Below are positions 47,145-60,441 of a stretch of 64,000 nucleotides of DNA, one piece after another. The position numbers were made by a program, and so were the translations under genes. Under the pieces are notes generated by a model. The model was not told where the DNA came from. It searched no databases and was given only the letters and a program-made list of their open reading frames with translations. The stretch comes from Selaginella moellendorffii (lineage: Eukaryota > Plantae > Lycopodiophyta), in NCBI RefSeq assembly GCF_000143415.4, contig NW_003314266.1:766463-830462 (forward strand). The letters are read 5' to 3'. Each line of letters opens with the position of its first letter. The stretch's first letter is position 1.

Positions 47145-48629
47145 CTATCCTTGCATTAGGCCATCGGTATGCCAAAATAGCACCAAACTTTGTTTAGTTT
47201 TATTTTGTGTATTAGTCTTGATGTTGGGATGTTGAATACTCTAGAACTATTCCTATATCACTTAGTGCTCTTGCTCTTTCACTCCTTGAGCTATATTTAT
47301 TTTACAAAAGAGAAATGCTCTAAAAATGAAACAATGTTAACAAAATGGTTTAAACTTAATATACATGAGATATATATATATATATATATCTAGCAGAGAT
47401 GCCAGCTCTGCTAGAAGATATAGCATACCCATTCTTTTCTAATTTTACAATATTAAAATTTTTGATTGTATAAAAAGTTAAATTTATCTAAATTTTTTAA
47501 CTATTCATCTCCAAATAAATGCACAATAATGCAATTAGATAATAATGCAAGTGTTGGGGAAGATAAGATTATTTATTTTATCATCAATAAATCTGAATTT
47601 GATGTTTTAATTGCCTTTATAAAAAAAGGTGAACAACCCTATATACATCCACAGTTTTCACAAAACTAAAGAATTATAGGCTACCAAAAAATAATAGGTT
47701 AGTTTAGAGAAATTATAATTTTAATTGTGCACTGAATTAAATTCTTTTTATCTGAACTGTAATAATGCCTCTAACATTCATAGTTTACTAAAGAATAATA
47801 GAATTTCTATTATATGTCTAGTTTTACATTTAAAATTATACATAAGCAAGGTTATCTAGTTTACTACCACATTTGTATTAAACCTCATAAGCCAGTAGTG
47901 GAGAATGGTTTTAGACATATTGAGAAAGTAATGCATCTTGAAGTTAAAATATCAATAGTTTAATAAATGTTTGTCCATATATATTTGTAATTATGAAAAA
48001 AGTAAGCTTATCTAAAGATATTTATGAACATAATAAGGATTTATACCCACTTGCTATAAAACGTTTACACTTTATTTAGTGAATTTTTCTTATTATTTTT
48101 AATCTTTAATTCAGATACTATTCATAAGATTAAATGAAATCTCCATACCATTACTACACTTTTCTCAAACGTTTTTTAAATGTCATCCCAGACCTATACA
48201 AACTCCAAGAAGTAGCTTTCTTACCTCCAACTTTGCACCAATTATATAATCTTCATTAACCTCTAGTATGTATTATATAAAAGTTTATAGTGCACAAAAG
48301 AGAGTGTCATACATTTTTCCCAAGGTTCATATTGTTTAATGTCAATGCTATGGATAAAGAGAGGATAACACTATTATTGGTTCAGTGCTTGCAGAAATAT
48401 GCTCTGATCCTTGACTAAAAAAGGAAAAAAAGTAAAAGTTTGAAATGTTGTGGCCATTACCATGGCAATTTGTCAACAAAACAGTGTTTGTGATATATGC
48501 AATGACACCAGTTTTAGAGCCCTCAGCAATTAATCTCAAGTGCAAGGATATCTTGGATGGACAATAATTATCTTGGAACCCATAAATTATATGAGACACA
48601 AAATATATGATGTATGGACATCCTATCAG

Positions 48630-49210
48630 CTTAGTCCTCTCCTAACTTGCCTATAGTCTCCAAAAGTTCTTGGACAACCTTCTTGCTGCATCAACACAAA
48701 GAGTTCCAAAGCTACCATTGGTTTCCTGACCTGGCCATCTCCTAGGATGATTGCCGTAGACACCACATTGTTACGTGGAATCCTGTAGCATTCAACACTT
48801 GACATACATATCTACCAAGCTACTCGACACGAAGATATCTTCTTCGAATCCATTCTTCACATCCAGGCAATGGATTTCTGCCCCCTTCTCTAAACAGCTC
48901 TTTCTCAAGCTCTTGCAATCCTGGCCCTTGGCAGCCAGATTCCAGCAGGCAGTAAGCGCCGCGAGGATAGTCGATCAATCCAGCAAACTGGTGCAGTGCT
49001 GGGGCTGCTGGAACAGTCCTAACACGAGCTCAAATTCCCCGTTCTGCGCGTATCCCAGCATGAGAGTGCTCCAGGAGATGAGATTCTGGCTGGGCATGGT
49101 GTCGAAGACTTGGCCATGCTGCCACATTGGATTGGGTCGCATTGCCATGGATGATCCTTCCTCGCTCCACCTGCTGACATATTCCTTGAGTGCCAGAGGT
49201 GAGAAGACAC
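48630..49210 (-). pseudogene. PLS-class pentatricopeptide-repeat gene fragment
   Basis: QVFDTMPSQNLISWSTLMLGYAQNGEFELVLGLF; TILAALTAC..LEKGAEIH..KNGFEEDIFVSSSLVDMYVKC*; ALELFVLMQQEG. In-frame stops present. Confidence 0.85.
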
Positions 49211-50288
49211 TGATAAAAACTAAAGCGAGGGACAATGTAATCAAATTCCAAGGTTTCGCTTCTTGATCCAGGGAGCACCCAGCAATGTGGGCGACATCTT
49301 GTCCGACTGCACGGCTTGCGCTTGCCAGGCTTGTGAGGGATTAGCGAGGAGCATCTCTCGCCGATCGGCAAGAATCACGTATTGCAGCCTCTTCGTGCTC
49401 TCCTTGCTGCTCGCATGGATGCTGCGTGACCTCACGTGAGAAAATCCCGTGTAAGTTCTTGTGATGTGCAACAACACCTTATCTTTTTTTGGCTTGTGGC
49501 AGGGATCACCTGGCAAGGATTGGTTTGGCACACAATCTGTTCTATGCGTGAGCTTTGGGAGTTTGGCGCTGCTTATGTTTGGAGTTAAGTACCAAAGCAA
49601 TCACAGGGACTCTTGGTATCGTGGCAACTGAATGATCAAGCTTATCATCTGGTCTGGTCTCACTGTGCTTTGACATTGTGGATGCTGACGGTATATCTAG
49701 GGCTTTTTTCTTGGATTTACAACCATAGTTTCTTTGTTCTTCTGGCAGGAAGACTGTCGACATACAACTCTGATTCGGCAGAAAATCAAGTCAGCGGGCA
49801 TGCACTTGATCTTTGGCTTCTTATACTGCCTTTCTTAGGATCTGACAGGGACGGATGCCTCTGGCAGTACATCCTCTTCTACAAAATAGATCAGAAGAAT
49901 GCAAAAGGCTATAAATTTGAAAATGGTGCAGAGACAATGAGAATGCCAAATGCTGCAAATCTGTGTAACATAACGTGCTATAAGTCAGATTGGTGGCCTT
50001 GTCGAGCACGCAAATTCCTAGCCAAATAACGTTATGTAATTTTATTTTGATCTGAGTTTCAAGGGTGGTATTTTCAATAACCTATTTTGTGACACTCAAC
50101 ACATGCTTCAGATTCAATGAAACCATTCCAAAAGACAAATGGGTCTCGTAGTAGCTCACAGTTCATTTCACACTGCCTGGTGTTCATTGTTTTATAATGT
50201 GCTACAATCTTGACTCTGAAAGAAGTTTATTTGATCTTTTTTTTCCTTATGCCCTTGCAATTGGAAGACCTTTAATTCAAGGGCCATT

Positions 50289-50860
50289 ACCTTATTTTGC
50301 AGCTGCTGTAGCTCTGAGTCTTTTGCCACTGAGGGTTTCTGCATGGAACCAATCCAATCAAAGCTGAGTAAGGAAGAAACTTTTACCTGCAAGTTAATGC
50401 CTGCCACATCTATGTATCCTACACCGCATGAAACGCCTTCACGCCACTCCATATCTGGGGAAAAAAAAAAAAAACCATCAGTATTATGCTAATGCCACCA
50501 CCCTGGCCCATCAGTGCATAGTTTAGAGATGTCTTTCCAGCACCCTGTCGTGCCACTTGATTAGTAACATAAGTGAACAGAATAAAAAACTACGTGATTT
50601 AGCTATGCAACGGTAAACACCAGACATATAGCTCAGAATTGCAGACCAGTCTTGCTGCACTACCTACACTGTCACCAAAACTTTCCACAGCCAAGTCAAA
50701 GTGCGAGTCTCCAAGGTCAGAGCAAGACTGCAAAACACAACATATCAAGACTAATCAATCCTCAGTTATATTACCTGGTAGAGTTTCCTCCAAGGATCCC
50801 CTTGCAACTGAAGAGGTCCCTGGGATCCACAACGCCCTTCATTGCGTTCATGCTGGGCTG
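50289..50860 (-). other. Short exon-like segments of an unidentified gene fragment fused downstream of the laccase remnant
   Basis: Successive AG/GT-bounded open segments (..QGDPWRKLYQ | SCSDLGDSHFDLAVESFGDSV | DMEWREGVSCGVGYIDVAGINLQ | KPSVAKDSELQQLQNK). Product not recognised. Confidence 0.4.
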
Positions 50861-50864
50861 TCAA

Positions 50865-51365
50865 TGTCTCCATAGACAGTAGCTCGAAGCCACATGATGT
50901 GTGTGCATTCCAGAAGAGAGTTCACATGTGTGAATCCACAGTGAAGTTGTAGAGGAACTATTAGCCTCGCTTGAGAGGACACTGCGTGACATAGCCAGGC
51001 CATTGAACCAGGGATTCCTAAATTGCCATGTGAAAGAGCATTAGATCACAGAATGTTTTGGAAAGTTTGAGACCCACCAATGGATCAACATCTTGCCAGT
51101 GTTCGTTACTGTGATGAGAAGCTGGTGAGGTGGCTGGGAAGAACAAAGAACATTATCACTGTCAATGGCAAGCTCCCAGGACCAACGATCTATGCCAACG
51201 TCGGTCGAGCTTACAACCTGGGTGGTGGCAATTCGATGAGCTTTCGATACATATTTAAGCAAACTGACCTGGAAGTCATAGACTTTGGTTGTTTCATTTT
51301 GAGCAGCCACCAGATCATAGCTCCAAAGAGGACCACAACTGCGAGGCAAGCACTCGAGATCACGC
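50865..51365 (-). pseudogene. Laccase (multicopper oxidase) pseudogene, first three exons only, exon 2 internally inverted
   Basis: Signal peptide plus AAQNETTKVYDFQ|gt. TKNIITVNGKLPGPTIYANVG on the opposite strand. LLITVTNTGKMLIHW. QFRNPWFNG/PGYVTQCPL..FLYNFTV..TLFWNAHTS/WLRATVYG. Confidence 0.88.
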
Positions 51366-54300
51366 ATGTCACTCCTTGTCCATGCTTTGTGGGATGTTGA
51401 TCTTGTCTGCAAAGATGCCAGGCTCCGCAAGCTCCCGGAGAATCTAGTTGTGTAGCTTGTGTGATTGAAGAAGGGTTGCATCAGAGTATCGGGTGTTGCA
51501 AATGCGGAGGATTTCATGTTGCAGGCAAGCACAGGGGGCAGTGGTGGTGGTGATGTAGGGGATGCACGGACATGTATGGCACTGCGGACATGAAGTAGCA
51601 CGCGCATGGCTGGTCCATGGTGATGACGATGGTTGTGGTCTGCTCGGGAGTGAGGAGAATCAACAAAAATTCAGTTAACCGCTTATAATCTCTTGCACTT
51701 CATGTTTTTTTCCTTGTTTCAACCTACAATTTTATGAGCTCTTCAAAGAGCTGTTGTTTAGGTGGATCACAATCATTCTTGCTGGGGTGCAGGACTTGTT
51801 TGAAAAAAGAATGCTTCATAGCAAGCATGGACACAACTTCCTGTCTAATATTTCCATCAAAATAGCGCACAAATGGGGTGAGTTATCAAAAAAAAAAACG
51901 CTTAAAGCAGGCAGGCAAGAATGTAACAATGACCTTGTAAGACAATTGAGACTTAGAAACAAAACCAAACTTTGTCATACCAAACTATAAACTCTGAAGT
52001 AATAGCTTCAAGCTTGTGCCCCAGTGGACATGGTGTGCTTGAATGTCCAATCTACACCGAATAAGTGTGAGAGGCTGATATATATGGAGAGCGATCTGCG
52101 AGCACAAGTTTGTGAGCACGGCAGGATGTGACTTTTTCTTTGGAGTAGACATCCACACCTGTCAAGCATTTAAAATTGTTGCCAACTTTAAAAAATGGCT
52201 CATGTTTGGACTTCGAGAACACTAACATCGAAATTTCGTCATTAATTCTTATTAACTTTGATAATCAGACACTTGATCGGGAATGTTGTTCAATACAAAA
52301 AATTGTGCGTTCACTCTTGCTACAAAATTTATGAACAGAATTGAAGTTTGTCACTATGAAGTTCCATGTTGTGCTAAATGTGTTGCTAAATTATGCTGCT
52401 GGATCTTTGGAATGAAAATTTTATTGAACCACTGCCTCTCATGCCTTAGGGCTGCTAAAGAGATGATTCATCACCAACAGGGTAAGCTAAAAATTACATT
52501 TGGCACAAATATTTATGGAGGGAGTCAGGGACAATCTTGTTCCACCAAGAACGTAGTAGGTCCTAGTAATTATTGACAGCCTCAACATAACAGCAGAGGA
52601 ATGTTATTGAGTGGCATTCCAAGGTGTTATTTCTTGTTTTTCTGGACAATTACATGACAAATCAAATTTATTTGATTTGAACATTATACTAATGATAACA
52701 TGATTTTAGAGAAGATTTGCTTTGTGGAAGTCGTTCTAAGGGCTCTATTCTATTTTTGAGATTTACTTTTGAGACTGTTTTACAATTTTGCAAAAGTTAA
52801 ATTTGCAGGATTCATGGTAGGCAATGAGAATCCTGGGTAGTGGTCCTCAGGAGATGCAAGAGGAAAGCTTCTTGCCTGAGCCAATAGTGGTGATGCTTTT
52901 TGCTTACTTGAGGCATTGCTGCTTGTCCAAAGCAAAACTTGTCTCCTCCCATGCAGAGACTCTGTCAGCTCGTCAAGGTATAGTTTACCATTGACGGAGA
53001 GTTTTACTGTTGGCTCTGATCTCACACGACCCATACTTCACAGACTACTCTGTGACTTTGAAGAACTTCAATCACTTTGCCCAAGTTGCCATCCTGGGTA
53101 GTGGTTTGATCACGTCCTCAGGAGATACAACATGAAAGCTTCTTGCCTGAGCTGCATGTATAGTGGTGATGCTTTTTTCTTTCATAGAAACGTGTCTTTA
53201 TTTTCAACATAGCTTCTTGCCTGAGCCGCGTGTATAGTGGTGATGTTCATCGAAACGGGGAAAGCAAAAGAATAAAAAAGGTTGTCTTTATTTTCAAATT
53301 TTTGCCATATTCGGTAACTCCTGCCAGTTCAAACATTCAGATGTGACAGAAAAGATAATGTAAGTGAATAAATGGACATCAGAATCAGGAAAATGAATAG
53401 CCTGAAATGAAATTCGTTTTGTGTGAAGTCATCATATCTTTCGCCATCAAAGGTTGTGTTTGTCTCCTCATACAATTTTTTTTACATCAGTCTTCTAAAA
53501 TCTTCCAATGCTATCTGGAAATGGATTCTTGTTCAGGATTTGTGTGAGGTTTTCGAAGCTTGGCAAATAAATTATTTGTCAATTCAGGCACATACCTTTC
53601 CTCTTCTTGCCTATCTAGCCAGTGCTGTGCCATCTGCCACTGCGAGAGTTTTAGAAACCATGCAGTGATGATGATAAGAGAATATGCAAATCAAAAGCAC
53701 CTAATTCTTTGATGTGAAATTACCAAGTCGTTTGGTCATGTGTATACTCTCTCATGAAGAGAGTATCTTTTTTTTGTACAGCGAGCAGCATCATTCAGAA
53801 AATTGCAGCAATCCTTTGGGTGAAGAACTAATTCCAAGCTTTGAGCCCTTTTTCAGTGTGTCATCATGTCATAAAGGATGAAATAAAGAGTGATGTCAAG
53901 CTACCACGGGTGGCACCAATTTGCGTGGTCTTGTAGAACAGCTTTTCACACTCGTCCTTTTTGGAGGTTAAAATAGGTTCATATTGCAAGGGAACACAGA
54001 AGAGTAAGTGCAAAACAATAGAAAAACTTTGAGCATACCTGGCTTGGAGTTAAGCATGCCCCTGTGACACACATACACACAGATATATATATATATATAT
54101 ATAAAGAAGCCATTATCATAGGTGGGAACAGATTGATTGATATAAAGTATATAGCTTGCAAGTATTTGTTTATATTGTAAAAGGGCTGCTTGTTAATATT
54201 GTAGGATGGGTAAAAAAATAAAATCACATTCAAGTGTAGAAGCATTTCCATTTTCATTAGAAGTATTTTCAAGTATAAAAGTATTTTCATTTCCATTTGT

Positions 54301-54959
54301 TCAAGTGTCAGAGCACATGTTCAAATGTAATTTGATTTTCATTAGAAGTTTGCAAATGCCTATAAGGCATATTCTATTGCCCTATGTTTTGAAGGATGTG
54401 TAGGAGGCAAGCTATATTACTTTTTATAAAGTTTATAAGGGTACGAAAAAAGAAAAGATTAGGTACAATAAGAGAAAGGGGAAATTTGCCAAATGAAGAC
54501 AGCCACACTAAATAAATGCCCTAAAAGGAAATAACTAGCAAGAGTTAAATGCATATTCCTTGCAAGTGCCATTTGTGACACCTCAAGTCAGCTGAGTGCA
54601 CTAAGCCGAGCAATAGGCATGCTATGTGATAACAATAATTTCTTGAAGTGAAAACCATCTTGACTCAAAACATAACTCACTAGATGGCAAAGATAAAAGC
54701 TTAAAGAGTTTACAAGGGATGGCAAGTACTTTCAAAATCCACATTAGACCAAGATATCAAAGGTTCCACCATAAATGTGTGTACGTGTGTGTGTAGTGAT
54801 TTTCCTTTTATGATTAGTTTTAACACTTCTATCCAACATTGTAATTAACAAAACATTTAGCAACTTTGCAAAACAAAGTCTAATATGCCTTCATTTGCTC
54901 ATGAAGTTGAAGTTCTTTTAGACAATTCAGTTTAATAGAGTTTAATAGCCAAGAATCAC

Positions 54960-55450
54960 TATAATATATATAATTTTCACACTTTACCCTATATGATTTA
55001 CCATAAAATAATGACAGAGCATAACCAAACCCTTAGACATGTGGGCCAAGGGCATCTAAGTTTCAAAGCCTTAAGCCACTAAACAAAAGAATAAAACCAA
55101 ATATACAACCAAATAGGAATTGAAGCACTCAATAACTCATAAGCGTATAACCTAAGGAGTGAAAAAACATGAGTATTAAGTGATATAAGAATAGTCCTAG
55201 CATATTTAACATCTCAACACCAAGACCAACACTCAAAACAAAGCCAAAAATCATTATAGTGCATATAATTTTCACACTTTACTTTATGGTAATTTACCAC
55301 CATGGGATAACTACAGAGTGGAATCAACCCTTGGACATATTGGCCAAGGGCAATGGAGTGGAATTTAAATTTCAGAGCCTTGGGCTATTGAACAAAGAAA
55401 CAAAGCTAAACATACAACCAAGGAGCAAGGGAATTGAAGCACAGAATAAT
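54960..55450 (-). repeat. Two adjacent decayed fragments of family C-like LTR ends
   Basis: ATAATTTTCACACTTTAC..TTTACCA..CCCTT..GGCCAAGGGCA repeats at ~54970 and ~55266 and resembles 18060-18360. Confidence 0.55.
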
Positions 55451-56059
55451 ATATGAGTACATTTTAAAATTTAGTAGGTGAACAAGTAGACATATCATAG
55501 CTTACAAACAACCATGCAATTTGAATTTAAACAACTACCAAATAGATTTAGGGGCTGAAACATATCAAGTATTCAAAATAATTTATTATTCATCCCAAGG
55601 TATCAGTATATTTAGACATTTAGGATTGTATATGAAAGTAAAAAAAATATCCTAATTTTGAATAATGAATAACTATTGTCATGGCATCTTGATAATTTTG
55701 TTACATGGCATTAAAACTGGAGGAAAATATAACTAATTTTCCAGGATGTGCATTTTGATCAAAAGCCAGATTAGCAATATAATCCATCAAGCCTACAAAA
55801 TTTGACTCTAAGTTGTTTTTTATGTGTTGACAATATTCTAATTTATTCCCTTCAACTTTAACAAACGCATCAATAATGTATTGTTAAGTGAGCTTGCTAG
55901 CATATAAATTTGATCATAACCAATGTGTCAAGAATCTATTTTAGAGAGAAAATATGCATAATATTGAAGTAAAGTGATATAGTGTTGTGAACTTATCATT
56001 GAAAGTGCCATGCATGGTCACCATAAAGAAATATTAAAGGGTATACCATTGGATTTAAA

Positions 56060-57080
56060 TAGGTATTGAAAGTATTTTATTGCATAATGGCCAAGCCTCA
56101 CATGCTGCTTTTAAACTTCTTATTCCAATTAATGAAGTATCAACATCATCTATAACACTTAATAGTGGAGTTGGAAGAAAACTTAAAGAAACTAACTTAA
56201 TTATTTTGGATGAAATAAGTATTGTTGATATACATGTTTTTACTAATGTTGAATGTTGTTTAAAAGAAATCAAATAAAACAATACTTTTGGTGGAATTAT
56301 TGTTATTACAAGTGGTGACTTTTGACAAATTTTACCTATTGTCCCTTGAGCACTAATAGTTTCTCATTCTATCAAAATGCAGATTGTGGCCATTATTCAC
56401 AAAACCATCAATTAAAAAGAATATGAAACTTACATCATATGACTCTTCATGGGGTGAGTGGTTATTACAAGGTGGAGATGGAAATAATTATTTTTCACAC
56501 CCACCACTTCCTGTTGATTCAATTAAATTATCTTTAGTTAAAGCTTCTCTTATAGATTTTATCTTTCAAAATCCTAATGACATTTCAAGCGCAAAGTTAT
56601 TCTTACCCCACTCAATGATGATTCAGCAATTTTATCATCTCTTTATTAAAAGGTTATACATACACTTTCAGACATATTGACTATGTTGACATAGAAATAG
56701 AAAATCTATAAGATTTTCCAGAATTTTTAAATTCTATTACACCCTCTGGACTCGCTCCACACAAATTAATTCTTAAGGAAGGTGCTAGATTCATCCTTTT
56801 GCTTTGCAATGGTACATGCCTCTTGCTTAAAAGAGCATCCACTGTAATTTTAGACAGTGAGATAATCACTGGACAATTCAAAGGGTCAAGAGCTTATCCC
56901 TCAAATACATTGTCATCCTCTGATGCTGCCATTCAGAATGTTAAGAAGACAATTTCCCATCCCTTTAGGTTATTGCCTTACCAGGATAAACATTTGACTA
57001 TGTCAGACTATACTTGCCACATTCAGCTTTTACACATGGTCAGTTATATGTGGCTCTATCTAGAACCACATCTCCATCTA
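56060..57080 (+). pseudogene. Helitron PIF1-like helicase remnant
   Basis: HAAFKLLIP..LIILDEIS..FGGIIVITSGDF*QILPIVP..PEFLNSITPSGLAPHKLILKEGA..LCNGT..FTHGQLYVALSR, with stops and frameshifts. Confidence 0.9.
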
Positions 57081-57424
57081 GCCTTATCAAAGCATAAAAC
57101 ACAAGGTAGAAGCTGGCCTTGGTGACGTTATTTTCACAATAAACACTGTACAGAGAAATATTACATGTAAGCATTTTTCTTTTCTATCACATCCACTAAC
57201 ACTTCTCCCACTCCAAGTTGATTAGTGCTACCTTTGTGTTCTTCCTTTGCACCTTGACTGCCATAAAAAACGAGGCATTGTTATCGAGTGACTATGTTTT
57301 TTAGCTTTTTTGACCCAGGTCAATTTTTAACAAATCAGTTCCAATTGCTGTCATACACTAGCTTTTTGTACGAGAGCCTGGGGATCTGATTGAGTATATT
57401 TTCTAGCAATAGTGACCTTGCCAA

Positions 57425-57453
57425 CCGGCCAGCTCCTGCTAGGCAATTTCTAG
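57425..57453 (+). mobile_element. Probable Helitron 3' terminus
   Basis: GC-rich hairpin GCCAGCTCCTGCTAGGC followed by AATTT-CTAG|T, ~370 bp downstream of the helicase remnant. Confidence 0.6.
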
Positions 57454-57528
57454 TCTATGTATAATACCCTCTCTCCAAGGAACAAAGTGGCATATAACTT
57501 GAAGAGTGCTAATTGGATATCGGCAAAG

Positions 57529-60441
57529 ATGAGTTTTGCTACACAAATTTCTAGCGGCCTTTTCGCTCCAAACAACATTCCCTCCAGTAAATTCTTCAAG
57601 CCTCTCAATATGGGTTCTTTCACCCAGTTCTCAGCAGGTAGCGCTCTTGTAGAGGCTTTTATCGCCTTCATTTAACTTGTTTTTGTTTCAGGTCTTGTGC
57701 TGAGAGCTGGAGTAAAAGTTCCTGGCACTCTCAGCGTTCAGTCCCATCCGTCAACCAAAGAGGTGCCAAGCTCTGGTTTTTCTCATCTGCAAGAGTTTCT
57801 TCTTTGATTGCAGAGTAGCATCAGCACTATCAAGAAGCTGTTTGCCGGCGTGGACGATGCTTGCGGCTTCTCAGCTTACGACATGGGATGGATCGCACGA
57901 ATACCTCATGCTCATAACCCAGAACTTGGACCCCAGTTTCCTCAGAGCTTGGAATGGATCGTTCACAACCAGTGCGATGATGGGTCCTGGGATCAAGGAG
58001 AAGAAGATGCTCAGCGGGTTTGCAGCACACTGTCGTGTGTCATTGCTCTGAAAACATGGAACCGAAGGGAGTGTAGCATCCAAAGAGGTAAGCTCTTTCC
58101 TCTCTAGCATCTATAAACAGCGTATTCGTGCAGGTCTAAGCTTTTTGAAATCCCAGCGGCCATTGGTCCACGATAAACTTACAAGAGACATGGAAGCCAT
58201 CTTGCATAGACTATTACAAGAGGGCAAATCACTGGATTTGGAGCTGAATTATGACGAATCTTTTGTTCAACGTATTTGTGAACAGGGTCAGGAATTCCTT
58301 CAGAGGTAACTCCAAAGCCCTTGAGGTTCTTAAACAGTAACTGTAGCTTTTGTCCTGATAATCAGCGTATCAAATGACGCGTTGGATCAGTATCCGACTT
58401 CTTTCGTCCATATACTTGAAGCGTTTCATGAACGTGCGAATTGGCAACATCTTCTCAGATATCAAAGTAGCGGCGGATCTTTGTTCTCTGTCACGCTGAC
58501 GGCATGCGCGTACATGCACACCGGAGACAAAAAGTGCCTTCGTTTTCTAAACGGGGTCCTTGAAGGCCCATTGACCAAGCCAAACAAGAACCGACACTTT
58601 CGCGGCTTAAGTCAGCTTTTGCGGCTTGCAGAGTGGCTTGAGCATCTGGGAATCGAAAGGTTCTTTGAGAAAGAAATCGAGCAAACGTTGATTCAAGCTT
58701 TCAGGTAAACTTCTTACTACTCGGAAGGTTTAGTAACTTGTCACAGATGTTGGAGAGGAAATGCCGCAGGTAGCGGAAGTCAAAAACATCTAGAAAGCTT
58801 TAAAGACTCTGCTCTTTTGTTCCGGATTCTTCGTCGTCATGGCTATGAAGTCTCCCCAGGTACAACATTTTTTATCCTAGTGACAGGCTATCCAAGGCTA
58901 TTCATGTTATAGACGTGGTACATCAGCGAACATTTTGCGAGACACTCGATGTAAAGGAGCTGTCTTTGGCATCACATTTTCTCTTTCCTACTGAAAGCAG
59001 AAAAATGCTGGACTCGACTCCAATCATTGATGTCGCGAATGAAGAAGTTTGCCTTCACTTAACAGTCCGATCTTTTGCTAATGTTTCCTCTACAGACGAC
59101 GTTTCCATGGTATAATATAATGCATCGGATCCAACACATTGAATACATGACTAAATTTACGGCAAGTATGGATTTCATAAGCACAAGGTATGCAATAGCT
59201 TGCAGTAAATCTTTATTAGTTCTTCTTCGAGATTTGTCAGTGAACGATCTTCGATACTGGCCTTCGCAAAGTCCGACTTCAATGCTTGCCAGAAGATCTA
59301 CCAGAAGGATTTGCAGCATGTTATGAGGTAGCCGTGTTCGGTGTTTTGCCTCTTGCTTATTGCACAGCCCTTGAACCGCAGGTGGAACGAAGAGTGCGGC
59401 TTTGGACGTCTGGGTTATGCCCGGCAGAAAGACGTGTTCTGCGTTTTTACTGCTGCTGCAACCATGTTCCAGCCGGAACTCTCTATGGCTCGCATTGTCT
59501 GGGCACAGATGAGTGTTCTTACAACAGTCATTGACGACTTCATGGACACGCACGATTCTCTCGACAATTTGAGAAACTTTTGCACTGCCATCAGAAGGTA
59601 CTAGTAGACTTCAGTAATTTATGCATTGTTTTTGTGTCTTGTGTTTATCTCACAGATGGGATCCGTCTGCCTCGGAGCTGAACGACGACGCTAGCATTCT
59701 TTTTCGAGGATTGTTTAAGACGGTTACATGGACAGCCCAGTGTGCTTCCGCGGTACAAGGCAGAGATATGACGGCGAGCTTCCGAGCTCAAGTAAGAACC
59801 TCTTGGAACCTCTATGTACAAGAGAGCTTTCTAATTGGTTTTATCAGTGGGAAAGACTTTGCGATGCGTTTTTTCGAGAGGCAGAATGGAGGCTCACGAA
59901 TCACTGTCCCAGCCTTGAAGAGTACGTAGAAAACGGAATCACGTCGTTTGCGCTGGAACCGATCGTCTTATCTACACTCCTTTTTCTGGACGAGAAAATT
60001 GAGTCGGTGGTTCTCGACCATCCGGACTGTATCAACATGTGCCGGAGGGTCTTCACAATTGGGAGATTGCTCAACGACATCCAAGGCTTTGACGTAAGCT
60101 TTATCTTTCTCAGTTTTGGATGTTTACCCGAGCAAGATCTTTCACCATTCCAGCGTGAGAGCAGCGCGGGGGAGTTCTCATGGATCACGATCTACATGAA
60201 GGAGCACCCGGGAACGAGCGTGGAGGACGCGGTGGTGGAGATAAGAAAGATTCTAAATGCAACGATAGAGGAGCTGGTCGAGGACGTGCTCCGGCCCAGA
60301 GCAGTGCCTAAGAGATGCAAGCGCGTGTTTGAGAACATGATGAGAATTCTCAACTTTGTCTACCGTAAGGGCGATGGATACAGCACGGACGCTGAACTAC
60401 GAGACCACATCAAGCAAGTTCTTCACGCGAAACTGGAATAA
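57529..60441 (+). CDS. Class I diterpene synthase, kaurene synthase-like, 13 exons (copy 2)
   Basis: Same exon structure and motifs as copy 1 (SAYDMGW, NQCDDGSW, VIDDFMD, RLLNDIQGFD/RE). No obvious disablement seen by eye. Confidence 0.92.

Noticed and set aside
51041-51607. 188-aa minus-strand ORF as a novel protein
   Set aside because: It is a composite of laccase exon, intron and inverted exon sequence.
52830-53250. Three short imperfect repeats (AGCTTCTTGCCTGAGC..ATAGTGGTGATG)
   Set aside because: Irregular spacing and nested duplication indicate local slippage, not a CRISPR-like or functional array.
34008-60441. Terpene biosynthetic gene cluster including laccase
   Set aside because: The laccase is a short disabled fragment, and no CPS, P450 or other tailoring gene is visible; only a tandem TPS array is supported.
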